From NCBI GenBank assembly GCA_002723035.1, contig PBNH01000010.1:4720-52691 (forward strand): 47,972 nucleotides of DNA, in the 5' to 3' direction. This document shows positions 10,198 through 19,872 of this stretch, in pieces. Source of the stretch: Rhodobiaceae bacterium (lineage in GTDB: Bacteria > Pseudomonadota > Alphaproteobacteria > MED-G09). Position 1 is the first letter of the stretch; every line of letters begins with the position of its first letter. Below the pieces are notes generated by a model that did not search any database, was not told the DNA's origin, and was given only the letters and a program-made list of their open reading frames with translations. A program made the translations under genes and the position numbers.

Positions 10198-10874
10198 ATG
10201 AACATCTTGATCACCAGAACTAAAAGAAAAAAAACAATTTCAATAATTATTAAAATGGAAATGTATAGGTAAAAGCAGCATTTAATTTAAGTCAAAATGA
10301 AAAAGACGCATTTATTTTAAAAAAAAAGGAAATGGATTAAAAATAAAATTTTTCTTCAAAGAAATATTAAATAACTCCCAAAAAAAAATTTATCAATGGA
10401 GAGACTTTTAAATTTCTTGGCAAAGACCTGAATTTTAAAATTTGCAAAGGTGATACAAACAAAGCGTATATAAAAAATGATTATATTTGTTTAGATATAA
10501 AAAATGGTACAAGAAATAATAAAGAAAAAATTAAAAAGGAGCTTTAACTTTTCTATGTAAGTTTATCAAAGATAATTTTAAAAGAAAAAACGCTTATTGA
10601 ATCTAAAAAAATGAAACTAAAAGTAAAAGAAGTTAAAGCTTGATCATACAAAAATAGATGTTGAAGTTGTTCATATAATGAAGTTATTTCTTATAATTGG
10701 AAACTAATAATGGCACCAGAAAAAATAATATAATATGTTATAATTCATGAATTGTGTCATTTAATTCACTTTAATCATTCCAGAAATTACTGGAGGGAGG
10801 TAAGCAAAAAACTTACAAATTATAAAGAGATTAAAGAATGATTAATATCAAACCAGCACTTATTTGACTGGTAA
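10198..10874 (+). pseudogene. Degraded YgjP/DUF45 (M48/SprT-like) metallohydrolase
   Basis: Fragments MNILITRTKRKKTISII, RC*SCS (for RWGSCS), YNWKLIMAP and IIHELCHLIHFNHSRNYWREV, broken by several stops and frameshifts. Confidence 0.85.
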
Positions 10875-10920
10875 TATTTTTAAAAATGAAATTATATTTC
10901 AAATTTAAGTAGAGGATAAT

Positions 10921-11964
10921 ATGAAAAAAAGGAAACTAGGGAAAACAGATATAAATGTTAGTGAAATTTGTTTAGGCACAATGACTTGGGGAGAACAAAA
11001 TACTGAAAAAGATGGCCATGAACAAATGGACTATGCATTGGATATGGGGGTAAATTTTTTTGATACAGCTGAAATGTATGCTGTTCCTCCAAGAAAAGAA
11101 ACTCAGGGTTCAACTGAAAAAATTATTGGATCCTGGTTTAAAGAGAGAAAATCAAGAGACAAGGTTATTCTTGCTTCAAAAGTTTCAGGTAGATCGCCAT
11201 TGAACTGGTTAAGAAATAAAGAACAGCCAACCGAACAATCAAGAGATCAAATTTTTGAAGCAATTGATAAGAGCCTATCTAGGCTAGGGATTGACTACAT
11301 AGATCTCTATCAGCTTCATTGGCCTGATAGACCAATGAATTTGTTTGGTGGAAGTATTAATTATGAACATATTGATCAACCCTCCAATGAAATTCATGAA
11401 ATTTTAGACTCATTAAATGATTTAGTTAAAATGGGTAAAATTAGATATATAGGGCTCTCAAATGAGACTCCATGGGGAACAATGAAATTTCTTCATCACT
11501 CAAATATTTCATCTACTCCAAGAGTTCAATCTATTCAAAATGCTTATAACCTTTTAAACAGAACCTTTGAAATAGGTGGTTCAGAAATTGCGCACAGAGA
11601 GGATGTTGGATTATTAGCATATTCTCCCCTCGCTCAAGGTTATTTAACTGGAAAATATCAAAATGGGAAACTTCCAAAGGGATCCAGGAAAGAGCTTTTT
11701 AATAGGTTACAAAGATATGAGGGCCCATATGCTGAGGAGGCAATAGAGGATTATCTCTTAATTGCAAAAAAATATAGCATCGATCCATCACAATTAGCCA
11801 ATCAATTTGTAACAACAAGGCCTTTTGTTACGTCAAATATTATTGGTGCTACTAGTTTAGAACAGTTAAAACTTGCTGTAACTTCAATAGAAGTTAATTT
11901 AACTGAAGAAATAGAAAATGAAATTGAAAAAGCCTTCCAAAAACATGGGAATGTTGCTTCTTAA
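10921..11964 (+). CDS. tas: NADP(H)-dependent aldo/keto reductase (Tas-like)
   Basis: ICLGTMTWGEQN, DTAEMY, IDLYQLHWP, GLSNETPWG, LLAYSPL. Confidence 0.9.
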   Translation: MKKRKLGKTDINVSEICLGTMTWGEQNTEKDGHEQMDYALDMGVNFFDTAEMYAVPPRKETQGSTEKIIGSWFKERKSRDKVILASKVSGRSPLNWLRNKEQPTEQSRDQIFEAIDKSLSRLGIDYIDLYQLHWPDRPMNLFGGSINYEHIDQPSNEIHEILDSLNDLVKMGKIRYIGLSNETPWGTMKFLHHSNISSTPRVQSIQNAYNLLNRTFEIGGSEIAHREDVGLLAYSPLAQGYLTGKYQNGKLPKGSRKELFNRLQRYEGPYAEEAIEDYLLIAKKYSIDPSQLANQFVTTRPFVTSNIIGATSLEQLKLAVTSIEVNLTEEIENEIEKAFQKHGNVAS

Positions 11965-11970
11965 ATAAAT

Positions 11971-13902
11971 CTATTCAACTGAAAATAATAATAATGCATT
12001 ACCGGGCATATGATTATAGAGTCCATATCCAGAGTTTATAGCCATGTAACCATTACGTATAGAAGGCCCTGAGCCACTAAAACTACCACCTGATGCAGGG
12101 GTTCCGGAAATACTCTCATAATTTCCTAAGGAGTTAAAGCTCCACAAAATTTCTCCATTTTCTTTATCATAAACCCTTATCATTCCATCAAGATGTCCTG
12201 CAATAACTGCTCCAGGAATAGCTGTAACAGCTGCTGAAATTCCTGGATCACAATTAATATCAATTTCTTTACATTCCTTATTAGTAATTGAAGACCACAA
12301 AATTTCTCCATTTTCTGAATTTAGTGAGTGCATACCTGGCTTTCTATTCAACCATACTTTTCCATCGTGCGTGTCTTTCATATCATTCAATGGTACGTAT
12401 ACAGTTTTTCCTTCAGAGGCCATTCCAAAATGAATTCCACCTTGTGTTCCTCCACCAGATACTTCTTGTGACCAAATAATTTCACCAGTGTCAGGATCTA
12501 TTCCATAAACAAAACCAGATTTCTGACCTGCAACTAATATATCTCTATCACCCAGATCAATTAAAATTGAACTTGCGGAATAATCCATATCTGGGCCATT
12601 CTCTTCTGGACAGTTCGGTAAGCCTTTACCCATACATGCAAGATTCCAAGCATCTCCAGCAAGAGTTTGTCTTCTCCAAACCTCTTCACCTGTATCAATA
12701 TTATAGGCAATTATTGCATCAGAAGAGTCATCAGCAGGTGTTGAATAATTCTCGCCAGTTCCAATATAAACGTATCTTCTTTTCTTATCTATATTTGGTG
12801 ATGTCCAAATTGGTGCCCCTGATGGGCCAAACATCCTTGTTCCAACTGATGTTTTACCTGAGTACTTTGCGGGAACAGGGATCGAGTATTTTTTCCACAA
12901 AACTTCTCCAGAGTCTGCATCTACTGCTAGAAGTCCACCTCTAAAAGTACAACATTCATAATCGTCATTAAAAGCAGGAATAACTTCTAAACCAGAAACT
13001 GGAATAATTAAAATATTTTCAAATTTTGCCGAAGTCGCTGTTCTGGTTGCATTAGGATGGGCATCAGATTTTATTTTCCATATTAGCTCACCGGTTTGGG
13101 CATCTACTGCGTATTCATTGGCAAGAATATCACCAAAATAAATATATGGACGTTTTTCTGGTTTTTTTCCACTTTCCCATTCATCCATAATAATTCCAGT
13201 TCGCACTTCAGCAGATGCAGCAAAATTCCATTTTACACAGCCCGTCTTCACATCCAATGCATATATATCACCAGACTGACTTCCTACAAAAATTGATCCT
13301 ATAGCAAAAAGAGGTTGAGATCTCGCTCTTTGTGAATAAGGAAAACCAAAGGCCCATTTGAGTTTCAAATTTTTAATATTTTTTGAATCAATTTTACCAG
13401 TTTCTTTTGGAATAAATCTTGATGTATTGTAACCCCAACCATAGGGCGCTGGAGGCTCAGTTAAATCAAATTTCATTCTACTTTTGTCACAATAATTTAG
13501 CTCTGCCTCCTTTGGGAAATCTTTTCTATCTTTTCTTACAATATATTCAACAATTTGGATTTTTTCTTCCTCAGTCAAATGTGAAGATTGTTCAGCCATA
13601 ATTCCATTATTAATAGTCCTTAATAAAGCTTGCGGTATTAACATCTCAAGCCAATTAGCTGCAGGGGCTTTCTCAATCGATCCATCGTGACAAACTGCAC
13701 AGTTATCCTGATAAAGTACGTTACCTGGATGTGTTTCAGGGTCAATTGTTATTTCCCTTACTATCAACTCATCAGTAGACTCTCTTACCTTTGCATTTTC
13801 GTCAATCACATAGTCTTGTTCATTTCTTATAGTTTCTGCACTTAAAAAAGTTGAAAAAGTTAGATAAAAAAATAAAATAATTAATCTCATAAATATCCTC
13901 AT
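11971..13902 (-). CDS. Periplasmic quinohemoprotein (cytochrome c + PQQ beta-propeller), polyvinyl-alcohol-dehydrogenase family
   Basis: Signal peptide, CAVCH heme motif, LKLKWAF, ECCTFRG, GPSGAPIW, TGENYS, C-terminal PGNALLLF. Confidence 0.88.
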   Translation of the reverse strand: MRIFMRLIILFFYLTFSTFLSAETIRNEQDYVIDENAKVRESTDELIVREITIDPETHPGNVLYQDNCAVCHDGSIEKAPAANWLEMLIPQALLRTINNGIMAEQSSHLTEEEKIQIVEYIVRKDRKDFPKEAELNYCDKSRMKFDLTEPPAPYGWGYNTSRFIPKETGKIDSKNIKNLKLKWAFGFPYSQRARSQPLFAIGSIFVGSQSGDIYALDVKTGCVKWNFAASAEVRTGIIMDEWESGKKPEKRPYIYFGDILANEYAVDAQTGELIWKIKSDAHPNATRTATSAKFENILIIPVSGLEVIPAFNDDYECCTFRGGLLAVDADSGEVLWKKYSIPVPAKYSGKTSVGTRMFGPSGAPIWTSPNIDKKRRYVYIGTGENYSTPADDSSDAIIAYNIDTGEEVWRRQTLAGDAWNLACMGKGLPNCPEENGPDMDYSASSILIDLGDRDILVAGQKSGFVYGIDPDTGEIIWSQEVSGGGTQGGIHFGMASEGKTVYVPLNDMKDTHDGKVWLNRKPGMHSLNSENGEILWSSITNKECKEIDINCDPGISAAVTAIPGAVIAGHLDGMIRVYDKENGEILWSFNSLGNYESISGTPASGGSFSGSGPSIRNGYMAINSGYGLYNHMPGNALLLFSVE

Positions 13903-13983
13903 ATTTTTCGAAATAATAAGACATAATAAAATAATAATCCATCATAAATTTTATGTTATTATTAAAAATATTTAGGAAAAAAA

Positions 13984-14739
13984 ATGAAGAATAAACTTCC
14001 AATTAGCTGCTTTATAATTGCACAAAATGAAGCAGATAGAATAACTAAAACAATTCAGTCTGTAGATGATCTTGTCGATGAAATTATTGTTATTGACTCA
14101 GGATCAACGGATGGTACACAAGATTTAGTAAAGAAACTTGGATGTAAACTCTATCATAATGAGTGGTATGGATTTGGTCCTCAAAAGCGCTTTGGTGAAG
14201 ATAAAGCAAGAAATAAATGGTTATTAAATCTAGATGCAGATGAATATTTATCAAATGAACTTAAAAATGAAATAAGAGATTTATTCGCAAAAAAATTAGA
14301 GTCAAATTTTTTTTCAATGAAGGTTATTCCAATATATCCAAATTGGAATAAACCAAGATTATTTTCTGCCCACCACTTATGCGTAAGATTGTATAATATT
14401 GAATTTGGAAGATTTTCAACTTCAGAAGTGCATGACTCTGTACAAACAAATTCAAATAAAATAATTAGGCTTAAAAATCCTGTACTCCATGAGTCAGTAA
14501 GATCTCTCTCACATTTAATTGAAAAAGAAGATAGTTATGTAAAGATGCAAATTAAGTCACTTAAAAAGAAAAACAAATTACTTCTATTTTTAAGATTGTT
14601 TTTTGAATTTCCACTAAGCTTTATAAAATATTATTTTATAAGAAGGCATTTTACAGGTGCATTTTCAGGTCTCATAACATCAATAATACTAGCTTTTTAT
14701 AGATGGAAAAGAATTTATCTTTTTTTAAGAAAATTCTAA
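13984..14739 (+). CDS. GT2 glycosyltransferase (KdtX/WaaE-like, LPS core)
   Basis: IIAQNEA, DSGSTDGT, GFGPQKRF, LDADE. Confidence 0.88.
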   Translation: MKNKLPISCFIIAQNEADRITKTIQSVDDLVDEIIVIDSGSTDGTQDLVKKLGCKLYHNEWYGFGPQKRFGEDKARNKWLLNLDADEYLSNELKNEIRDLFAKKLESNFFSMKVIPIYPNWNKPRLFSAHHLCVRLYNIEFGRFSTSEVHDSVQTNSNKIIRLKNPVLHESVRSLSHLIEKEDSYVKMQIKSLKKKNKLLLFLRLFFEFPLSFIKYYFIRRHFTGAFSGLITSIILAFYRWKRIYLFLRKF

Positions 14740-14742
14740 AAT

Positions 14743-15192
14743 TTATTTAAAGTTAACTATCATCATTCCAGAAATTACTAATGATAATCCGAATAGTTTC
14801 CACAAATTTACTGGTTTTATCTGAAAGGCCATCAAACCAAAGTGATCTAAAATAAGAGACATTATAATGGTGCCAGTAATAAATGTACTTACATATGTAG
14901 CTGCCCCAATTTTGGGAGCAATTAGTATAGCACCAAAAACAATACATGCTCCCATCAAACCACCTGAAAAAGACCAAAAAGGAGCCTTTTTTAAATCAAC
15001 AATATTAGGAATAGAGGGTTTTAAAAAAATTAATATTATTGAAAATATTACAACTCCACCTAAAAAACTAATAAATGCAGCTTGAGATGGATGCGAGAGG
15101 TAATTTGATAAGGTAGAATTAACGCCCGTTTGAATTGGCCCTAATGTCCCAAGCAAAATTACAATAAGAATTAAAATTATTTTATATTCCAT
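14743..15192 (-). CDS. DMT-family transporter (YdcZ/DUF606)
   Basis: QTGVNSTL, PFWSFSGGLMGA, PKIGA, LDHFG. Confidence 0.85.
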   Translation of the reverse strand: MEYKIILILIVILLGTLGPIQTGVNSTLSNYLSHPSQAAFISFLGGVVIFSIILIFLKPSIPNIVDLKKAPFWSFSGGLMGACIVFGAILIAPKIGAATYVSTFITGTIIMSLILDHFGLMAFQIKPVNLWKLFGLSLVISGMMIVNFK

Positions 15193-15213
15193 GATTATCT
15201 ATGATAAATTTCG

Positions 15214-16992
15214 TTAAAGTTTTAATTCTTTATTTTGTATTTTATCAAAAAGTTCTTGATCTAAAGGTAAATAAGTTTGTGTTTCATGATCACAAAAATA
15301 CATTGGTTCTTTAATTTCTTTTGGATTATATCCATCTTTAACTAACTCAACTTTACGATGTTTAAAAGTACCAGTAATTTCAATTTCTTTTTTTATTCTT
15401 AAAAAAAGTGGTTGAGCATACGAAGGTAAAGATGAAGATAGGGACTGATATAAATTTTCTAAATTTATGTCTTTATCAGTTGATAATGCAGCCATACCTG
15501 CTTTTCCATCACTACCAGGAATACTTACTCCATAAACATTTGTCTCTAAAATTCCATCAAAATCTGCAAATGCTTCAGCAACCTCTGAGGTTGCAACATT
15601 TTCACCTTTCCACCTAAAAGTATCACCAATTCGATCTATAAAATAAACATAACCTAATTCATCCTTGCTTAATAAATCACCTGAACGGAAATATTGATCG
15701 CCTTTAGTAAATACATCAACAAGTATTTTTTTATTAGTTGCAGTCTTATCAACATAACCTTCAAAACTTCCTGGTAAAATAATTTCACCAATCGCTTCGC
15801 CTACCTCATTAACACCACAAGGAATACAAAAACCATTCTCGTCTCTTATCGGTTCCTCTTTTTCAACATCGTACTTTATTATGTGAATATTTAGAATTTT
15901 TTGCATATATTTTGGAATTCTACCAATTGCCCCAGACTTTCCGTCATAATTCATTAAAGATACATTACCCTCGGTTGCACCATAAAATTCAAGAATGTTT
16001 TTAATATTAAAACGTTCTTTAAAATTATCCCAAATATCAGGTCGCAAACCATTTCCTGAAACCATCCTCAAGTTATGATCTTTTTCATGCTTATGATAAG
16101 GAGCATTTAATAAATATCTGCATAATTCACCTATATACTGAAAAATAGTAATTTTATATTTATGAACATCATCCCAAAATTCATTTACTGAAAATTTTCT
16201 TTTTAGGACTAACGAAGCCCCAGAAGTTAAGGCTAGACCAACAGCTATTACTCCTCCAGCAGAATGATAAAGAGGTAAAACATTATAAACTCTATCATTT
16301 TTATTTGGCTGAATAGCACCTTTAAAACCAAGCATCATTAATCTTAATCTTTTATGGGAAATCTTTGCTGCCTTGGGGTTACCAGTCGTACCTGAGGTAT
16401 AGATATACAAAGCATCATCGTCATTTGTTATTTTATAATCAAGTTCAGGTTTATCTGCTGAGAGATCATCTAGACACTTATCCAAATCTTCAAGGTAGTT
16501 TGAGTCATTATAGTCACCTTGAATCCATGTTTTAAAATTACTCTTTGTTTTATCACTGGCAGTTGAAAAACTCTCTAATAACTCACTTCCAAGAATTAAA
16601 TTACTTGCTTGAGATATACCAAGAGAATAATCGAGTGGTTGACCACTTAAATTGGTGTTGATTAAGGCTACGGTACCACCGGCTTGTGTTATTCCAATCC
16701 AGCAAGCAAGAAACTCGGGTCTATTTTCCATCATTAATGCAACAACATCACCTTTTGATAAATTATTATTCAAAAACCATTGAGTATATTTATTGGATCT
16801 ATCAATTAGCTCTTTATAACTGATCTCCTTATTTTCATAAAAAATTGCTATTGCATCAGGAGTTTTTTTTGAAAATTCAGCAATTTGTAAAGGAATAATT
16901 TGATCTGGTTTAGCCTCTATAGATCTTAGAGCTTTAAAAATTCTACCAAATGTAGAAATATAAATGTATTCATTTTTAATTCTCTGTAACAT
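15214..16992 (-). CDS. Long-chain acyl-CoA synthetase (FATP/FadD6-like)
   Basis: YIYTSGTTGNPK, QYIGELCRYL, GNGLRPDIW, DRIGDTFRWKGENV. Confidence 0.92.
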   Translation of the reverse strand: MLQRIKNEYIYISTFGRIFKALRSIEAKPDQIIPLQIAEFSKKTPDAIAIFYENKEISYKELIDRSNKYTQWFLNNNLSKGDVVALMMENRPEFLACWIGITQAGGTVALINTNLSGQPLDYSLGISQASNLILGSELLESFSTASDKTKSNFKTWIQGDYNDSNYLEDLDKCLDDLSADKPELDYKITNDDDALYIYTSGTTGNPKAAKISHKRLRLMMLGFKGAIQPNKNDRVYNVLPLYHSAGGVIAVGLALTSGASLVLKRKFSVNEFWDDVHKYKITIFQYIGELCRYLLNAPYHKHEKDHNLRMVSGNGLRPDIWDNFKERFNIKNILEFYGATEGNVSLMNYDGKSGAIGRIPKYMQKILNIHIIKYDVEKEEPIRDENGFCIPCGVNEVGEAIGEIILPGSFEGYVDKTATNKKILVDVFTKGDQYFRSGDLLSKDELGYVYFIDRIGDTFRWKGENVATSEVAEAFADFDGILETNVYGVSIPGSDGKAGMAALSTDKDINLENLYQSLSSSLPSYAQPLFLRIKKEIEITGTFKHRKVELVKDGYNPKEIKEPMYFCDHETQTYLPLDQELFDKIQNKELKL

Positions 16993-16999
16993 TTTTTAC

Positions 17000-17359
17000 C
17001 TATTTAATTTTCAACATAAAACTTTGATGAGCTTCGTCAAAACCAGGGGTTAATTCTCTTTCTGGTAAATTATTAAATTCCCAAATTGGTCTTTTAATGA
17101 GAGAATTATTTTTAATTATAATTTTAATATAATTTTTTTCAAAATTAATTTTTGAAATCTCATTTAGGTTTCGCCAAGTTGTACTTCTCTTATTTAATAT
17201 TTTTTCTAAAGAATGAATTTCAATCCATTTCAATAATAATGTGTCTGGTAAAGAAAAGTTTTTAAAGTCAAAGAAATTATAACTGTAACTATTATTATTT
17301 AGCCATTTGAATGCTTTTCGACAGCTATCACAGTTCTTTAATCCATAAATAGTGATCAT
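17000..17359 (-). CDS. ArsC/Spx family protein (YffB-like)
   Basis: YGLKNCDSCRKA, NKRSTTWR, LIKRP. Confidence 0.88.
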   Translation of the reverse strand: MITIYGLKNCDSCRKAFKWLNNNSYSYNFFDFKNFSLPDTLLLKWIEIHSLEKILNKRSTTWRNLNEISKINFEKNYIKIIIKNNSLIKRPIWEFNNLPERELTPGFDEAHQSFMLKIK

Positions 17360-17365
17360 AATAAG

Positions 17366-18142
17366 TTAATTAACCAAAACTTCATCATTGTTAAATTTTA
17401 TCTGCTTTGCCCCTATGTCATTTAATGCATTAAAATAAAGTTTTGGTTTTTTGGCATTAATTTTTTCTCGAACCTCATCTATAGGTAATTTAATAAGTTT
17501 CTCCCAATCTTCACATGACCACAAAGTTGCATTTTTTCCATTTTTATAACCCTCGCGGATAACTTTTCTGAGATTAAAATTTGGAAATTCTCTTCCAACC
17601 TTCCAATAACCATATAAAGCTATAGCTCCTACACCTCTATTTTGTTCCTGAGCATAAGTGAATGCTAAAAGTGATAACTCACCTAACGGATCACGACCGT
17701 AACCAGTTGTTACATGCCATAAATCATGCATGTCTCTTTTTCGAGTATTAAAAAATATTTCGTCGTCAGTTCTATTACCAAATTCTTTTTTACTGCTTTC
17801 GCTTGCTTCGATAAGCTCTTCAGGAGATAAATTTTCTTTATATATGAACTCGTAATACTTATAGCCAAGAGTATTTTTCGGTAATTTAGAGAGAGCCTCT
17901 TTATCTTTTAAAGTATTCACAAGATGAACTCTTTCTTTTAAAATTTTTTTACCGATTTTAGATTTAGAAAAGATTTTAAAATACTTTCTATCTGAGCTAC
18001 CTTTTAAAGCATCAATAACATGAAAGACTTGTGTCGTATCCTCGTTATCTTTGCTAAGGGCTATTATAGCTTTAATAGCTTTTATCGGCTTGACCCTATT
18101 ATCCCAAAGTCTATAAATGTAACTTACAAGAAAATTTTTCAT
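17366..18142 (-). CDS. Coq4-family ubiquinone biosynthesis protein
   Basis: LSKLPKNTLG and the metal motif HDLWHVTTGYGRDPLGE. Confidence 0.82.
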   Translation of the reverse strand: MKNFLVSYIYRLWDNRVKPIKAIKAIIALSKDNEDTTQVFHVIDALKGSSDRKYFKIFSKSKIGKKILKERVHLVNTLKDKEALSKLPKNTLGYKYYEFIYKENLSPEELIEASESSKKEFGNRTDDEIFFNTRKRDMHDLWHVTTGYGRDPLGELSLLAFTYAQEQNRGVGAIALYGYWKVGREFPNFNLRKVIREGYKNGKNATLWSCEDWEKLIKLPIDEVREKINAKKPKLYFNALNDIGAKQIKFNNDEVLVN

Positions 18143-18226
18143 GGTTTATCTTAAACAAAGTATATTTAGATTTCAAATATAATTAAATCCAAAGTACTAA
18201 TAATAGTTTTAGTAAATCAAAATTTT

Positions 18227-18313
18227 GCGGGTGTGGCGGAACCGGTAGACGCGCCAGACTCAAAATCTGGTTCAGGCAACTGAGTGGGAGTTCGAGTCTC
18301 CCCACCCGCACCA
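18227..18313 (+). tRNA. tRNA-Leu(CAA)
   Basis: GCGGGTG/CACCCGC acceptor stem, CCAGA-CTCAAAA-TCTGG anticodon arm, long variable arm TCAG-GCAA-CTGA, encoded CCA. Confidence 0.97.
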
Positions 18314-18324
18314 TTGGTAATTAT

Positions 18325-18900
18325 ATGAAGAAATTTAATAAAAATATTTTTGATTTTTATGAAAATAAAAAAAGTGATTTTTATTTATACTTAATATCTT
18401 TTCTTGAAAGTATCTTTTTTCCAATCCCAACTGATATTTTTTTAATATCAAAGGCTCTTATTAATAAAGAAAGAGCATTAAAATTGGCAATTTATACAAC
18501 TATTTTTTCTGTTTTAGGGGGGGTAGTTGGATATATGATCGGATATTTTTTTTATGATGAGATTGGAATTCAAATTGTTGAAAAATTTAATTTAATAGAT
18601 GAATTTAATTTATTCTCAAAATCAATTAATGAGTATGGATATTTATTTGTTTTTATAGCTGGGTTTACGCCTATTCCTTATAAAATAGCTGCAATAACCT
18701 CAGGATTAGTGAATTTATCGCTTGTGGGTTTTATTTTCTTTAGCTTTATTTCAAGAGGTCCTAGGTTTATCGCAGAAGCATTATTATGCAGGTTTTTTGG
18801 AAAAAAAGCTGAAAAATTTATAAAAGATTATTCCTTTTTGTTTACTATTTTGCTTTTAATATTGTCTATATTAATAATCGTTTATAAAGAGATTTTATAA
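18325..18900 (+). CDS. YqaA/DedA (VTT domain) membrane protein
   Basis: SFLESIFFPIP.D, SVLGGVVGYMIG, GFTPIPYK. Confidence 0.9.
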   Translation: MKKFNKNIFDFYENKKSDFYLYLISFLESIFFPIPTDIFLISKALINKERALKLAIYTTIFSVLGGVVGYMIGYFFYDEIGIQIVEKFNLIDEFNLFSKSINEYGYLFVFIAGFTPIPYKIAAITSGLVNLSLVGFIFFSFISRGPRFIAEALLCRFFGKKAEKFIKDYSFLFTILLLILSILIIVYKEIL

Positions 18901-19367
18901 TGACAAATAGAATAATTACTATTGTTTCACTGATAGTCTTAATATCTGTTCATATAATAGAATTTATAGGATTTGCAGCATGTGATCTTTGTTTAAAACA
19001 AAGATGGGCATGGTATTTAGTTTTAATTATTGCATTAATACCTTTTATTGTAACTATTAGTTTTAATAAAATCTTATTATTGATAATTTCAATTGTTTTG
19101 TTTTGTAATGCTATTTTTGCAGGTTGGCATGCTGGTATCGAATGGGATCTATGGAGTGGTTTAGCTACTTGCAATTCTAGTGCAATATTTGATAATAATA
19201 ATCTTGTTGAAACATTAAAAGAGGGTTCAGTTCCAGTTTGTGATGATGCATCTATAAGAATATTTGGAATTTCTCTAGCTGGTTATAATTTTATCATATC
19301 GTTATTAACCTCTATTTTTGTTCTAATAACATTAAGGAAAAAAAATGGATCAAAAGAGACTAAATGA
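18900..19367 (+). CDS. dsbB: Disulfide bond formation protein B family
   Basis: CDLCLKQR, HAGIEW, second Cys pair (ATC...VCD), GISLAGYN. Confidence 0.85.
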   Translation: MTNRIITIVSLIVLISVHIIEFIGFAACDLCLKQRWAWYLVLIIALIPFIVTISFNKILLLIISIVLFCNAIFAGWHAGIEWDLWSGLATCNSSAIFDNNNLVETLKEGSVPVCDDASIRIFGISLAGYNFIISLLTSIFVLITLRKKNGSKETK

Positions 19368-19872
19368 AATTATTAGAGTAGATCATGCAGGAGAGCATGG
19401 AGCTATAGCAATATATAGAGGTCAAATTAAAACCTTAGAACTAATAGGGGATAAAAAAACTCTACCCATTATATATGAGATGCTTGAAGGTGAAAAAGTA
19501 CACGCACAAAAATTTGATGAATTAGTTGATAAGAAAAAAACTAGAGCTACTGCTTTAATGCCACTATGGCATTTAAGTGGTTTTACATTGGGTGTAGTTT
19601 CTGCTCTAGGAGGAAGAAACTCATTAATGGCTTGTACTGAAGCCGTTGAAGAGGTCATAGACAAACACTACTCTGATCAAATCTCTGAACTTGAAAATTC
19701 AGGAAAAGAACCTGAAATATTGGAAGTAATTAAGAAATTTCATGCAGATGAACTTGAGCATGAAAAAATAGCAAAAAGTGAGATATCTGAAAATACGCCC
19801 TTATTAAATACTTTCAAAAAAGTCGTTAAAGTAGGGTGTAAAGTCGCAATTAATCTATCAGAAAAAATTTAA
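19345..19872 (+). CDS. coq7: Demethoxyubiquinone hydroxylase (di-iron)
   Basis: IRVDHAGEHGA..IY.GQ, E..H, ACTEAVEEVIDKHYSDQ, DELEH. Confidence 0.92.
   Translation: MDQKRLNEIIRVDHAGEHGAIAIYRGQIKTLELIGDKKTLPIIYEMLEGEKVHAQKFDELVDKKKTRATALMPLWHLSGFTLGVVSALGGRNSLMACTEAVEEVIDKHYSDQISELENSGKEPEILEVIKKFHADELEHEKIAKSEISENTPLLNTFKKVVKVGCKVAINLSEKI

Noticed and set aside
10630-10874. TGA at an expected Trp position (KE*L) in the YgjP-like region, suggesting genetic code 4
   Set aside because: Intact genes use TGG for Trp, gloB ends in TGA, and the region also has TAA/TAG stops and frameshifts. It is a pseudogene, not recoding.
10774-14779. Exact 18-bp direct repeat ATCATTCCAGAAATTACT at 10774-10791 and 14762-14779
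   Set aside because: Both copies lie in unrelated coding sequences, there is no integrase or tRNA-end identity, and one such match is compatible with chance in 48 kb of AT-rich DNA.
10105-18313. Integrative element at tRNA-Arg or tRNA-Leu
   Set aside because: I found no integrase and no duplicated tRNA 3' end in the window.
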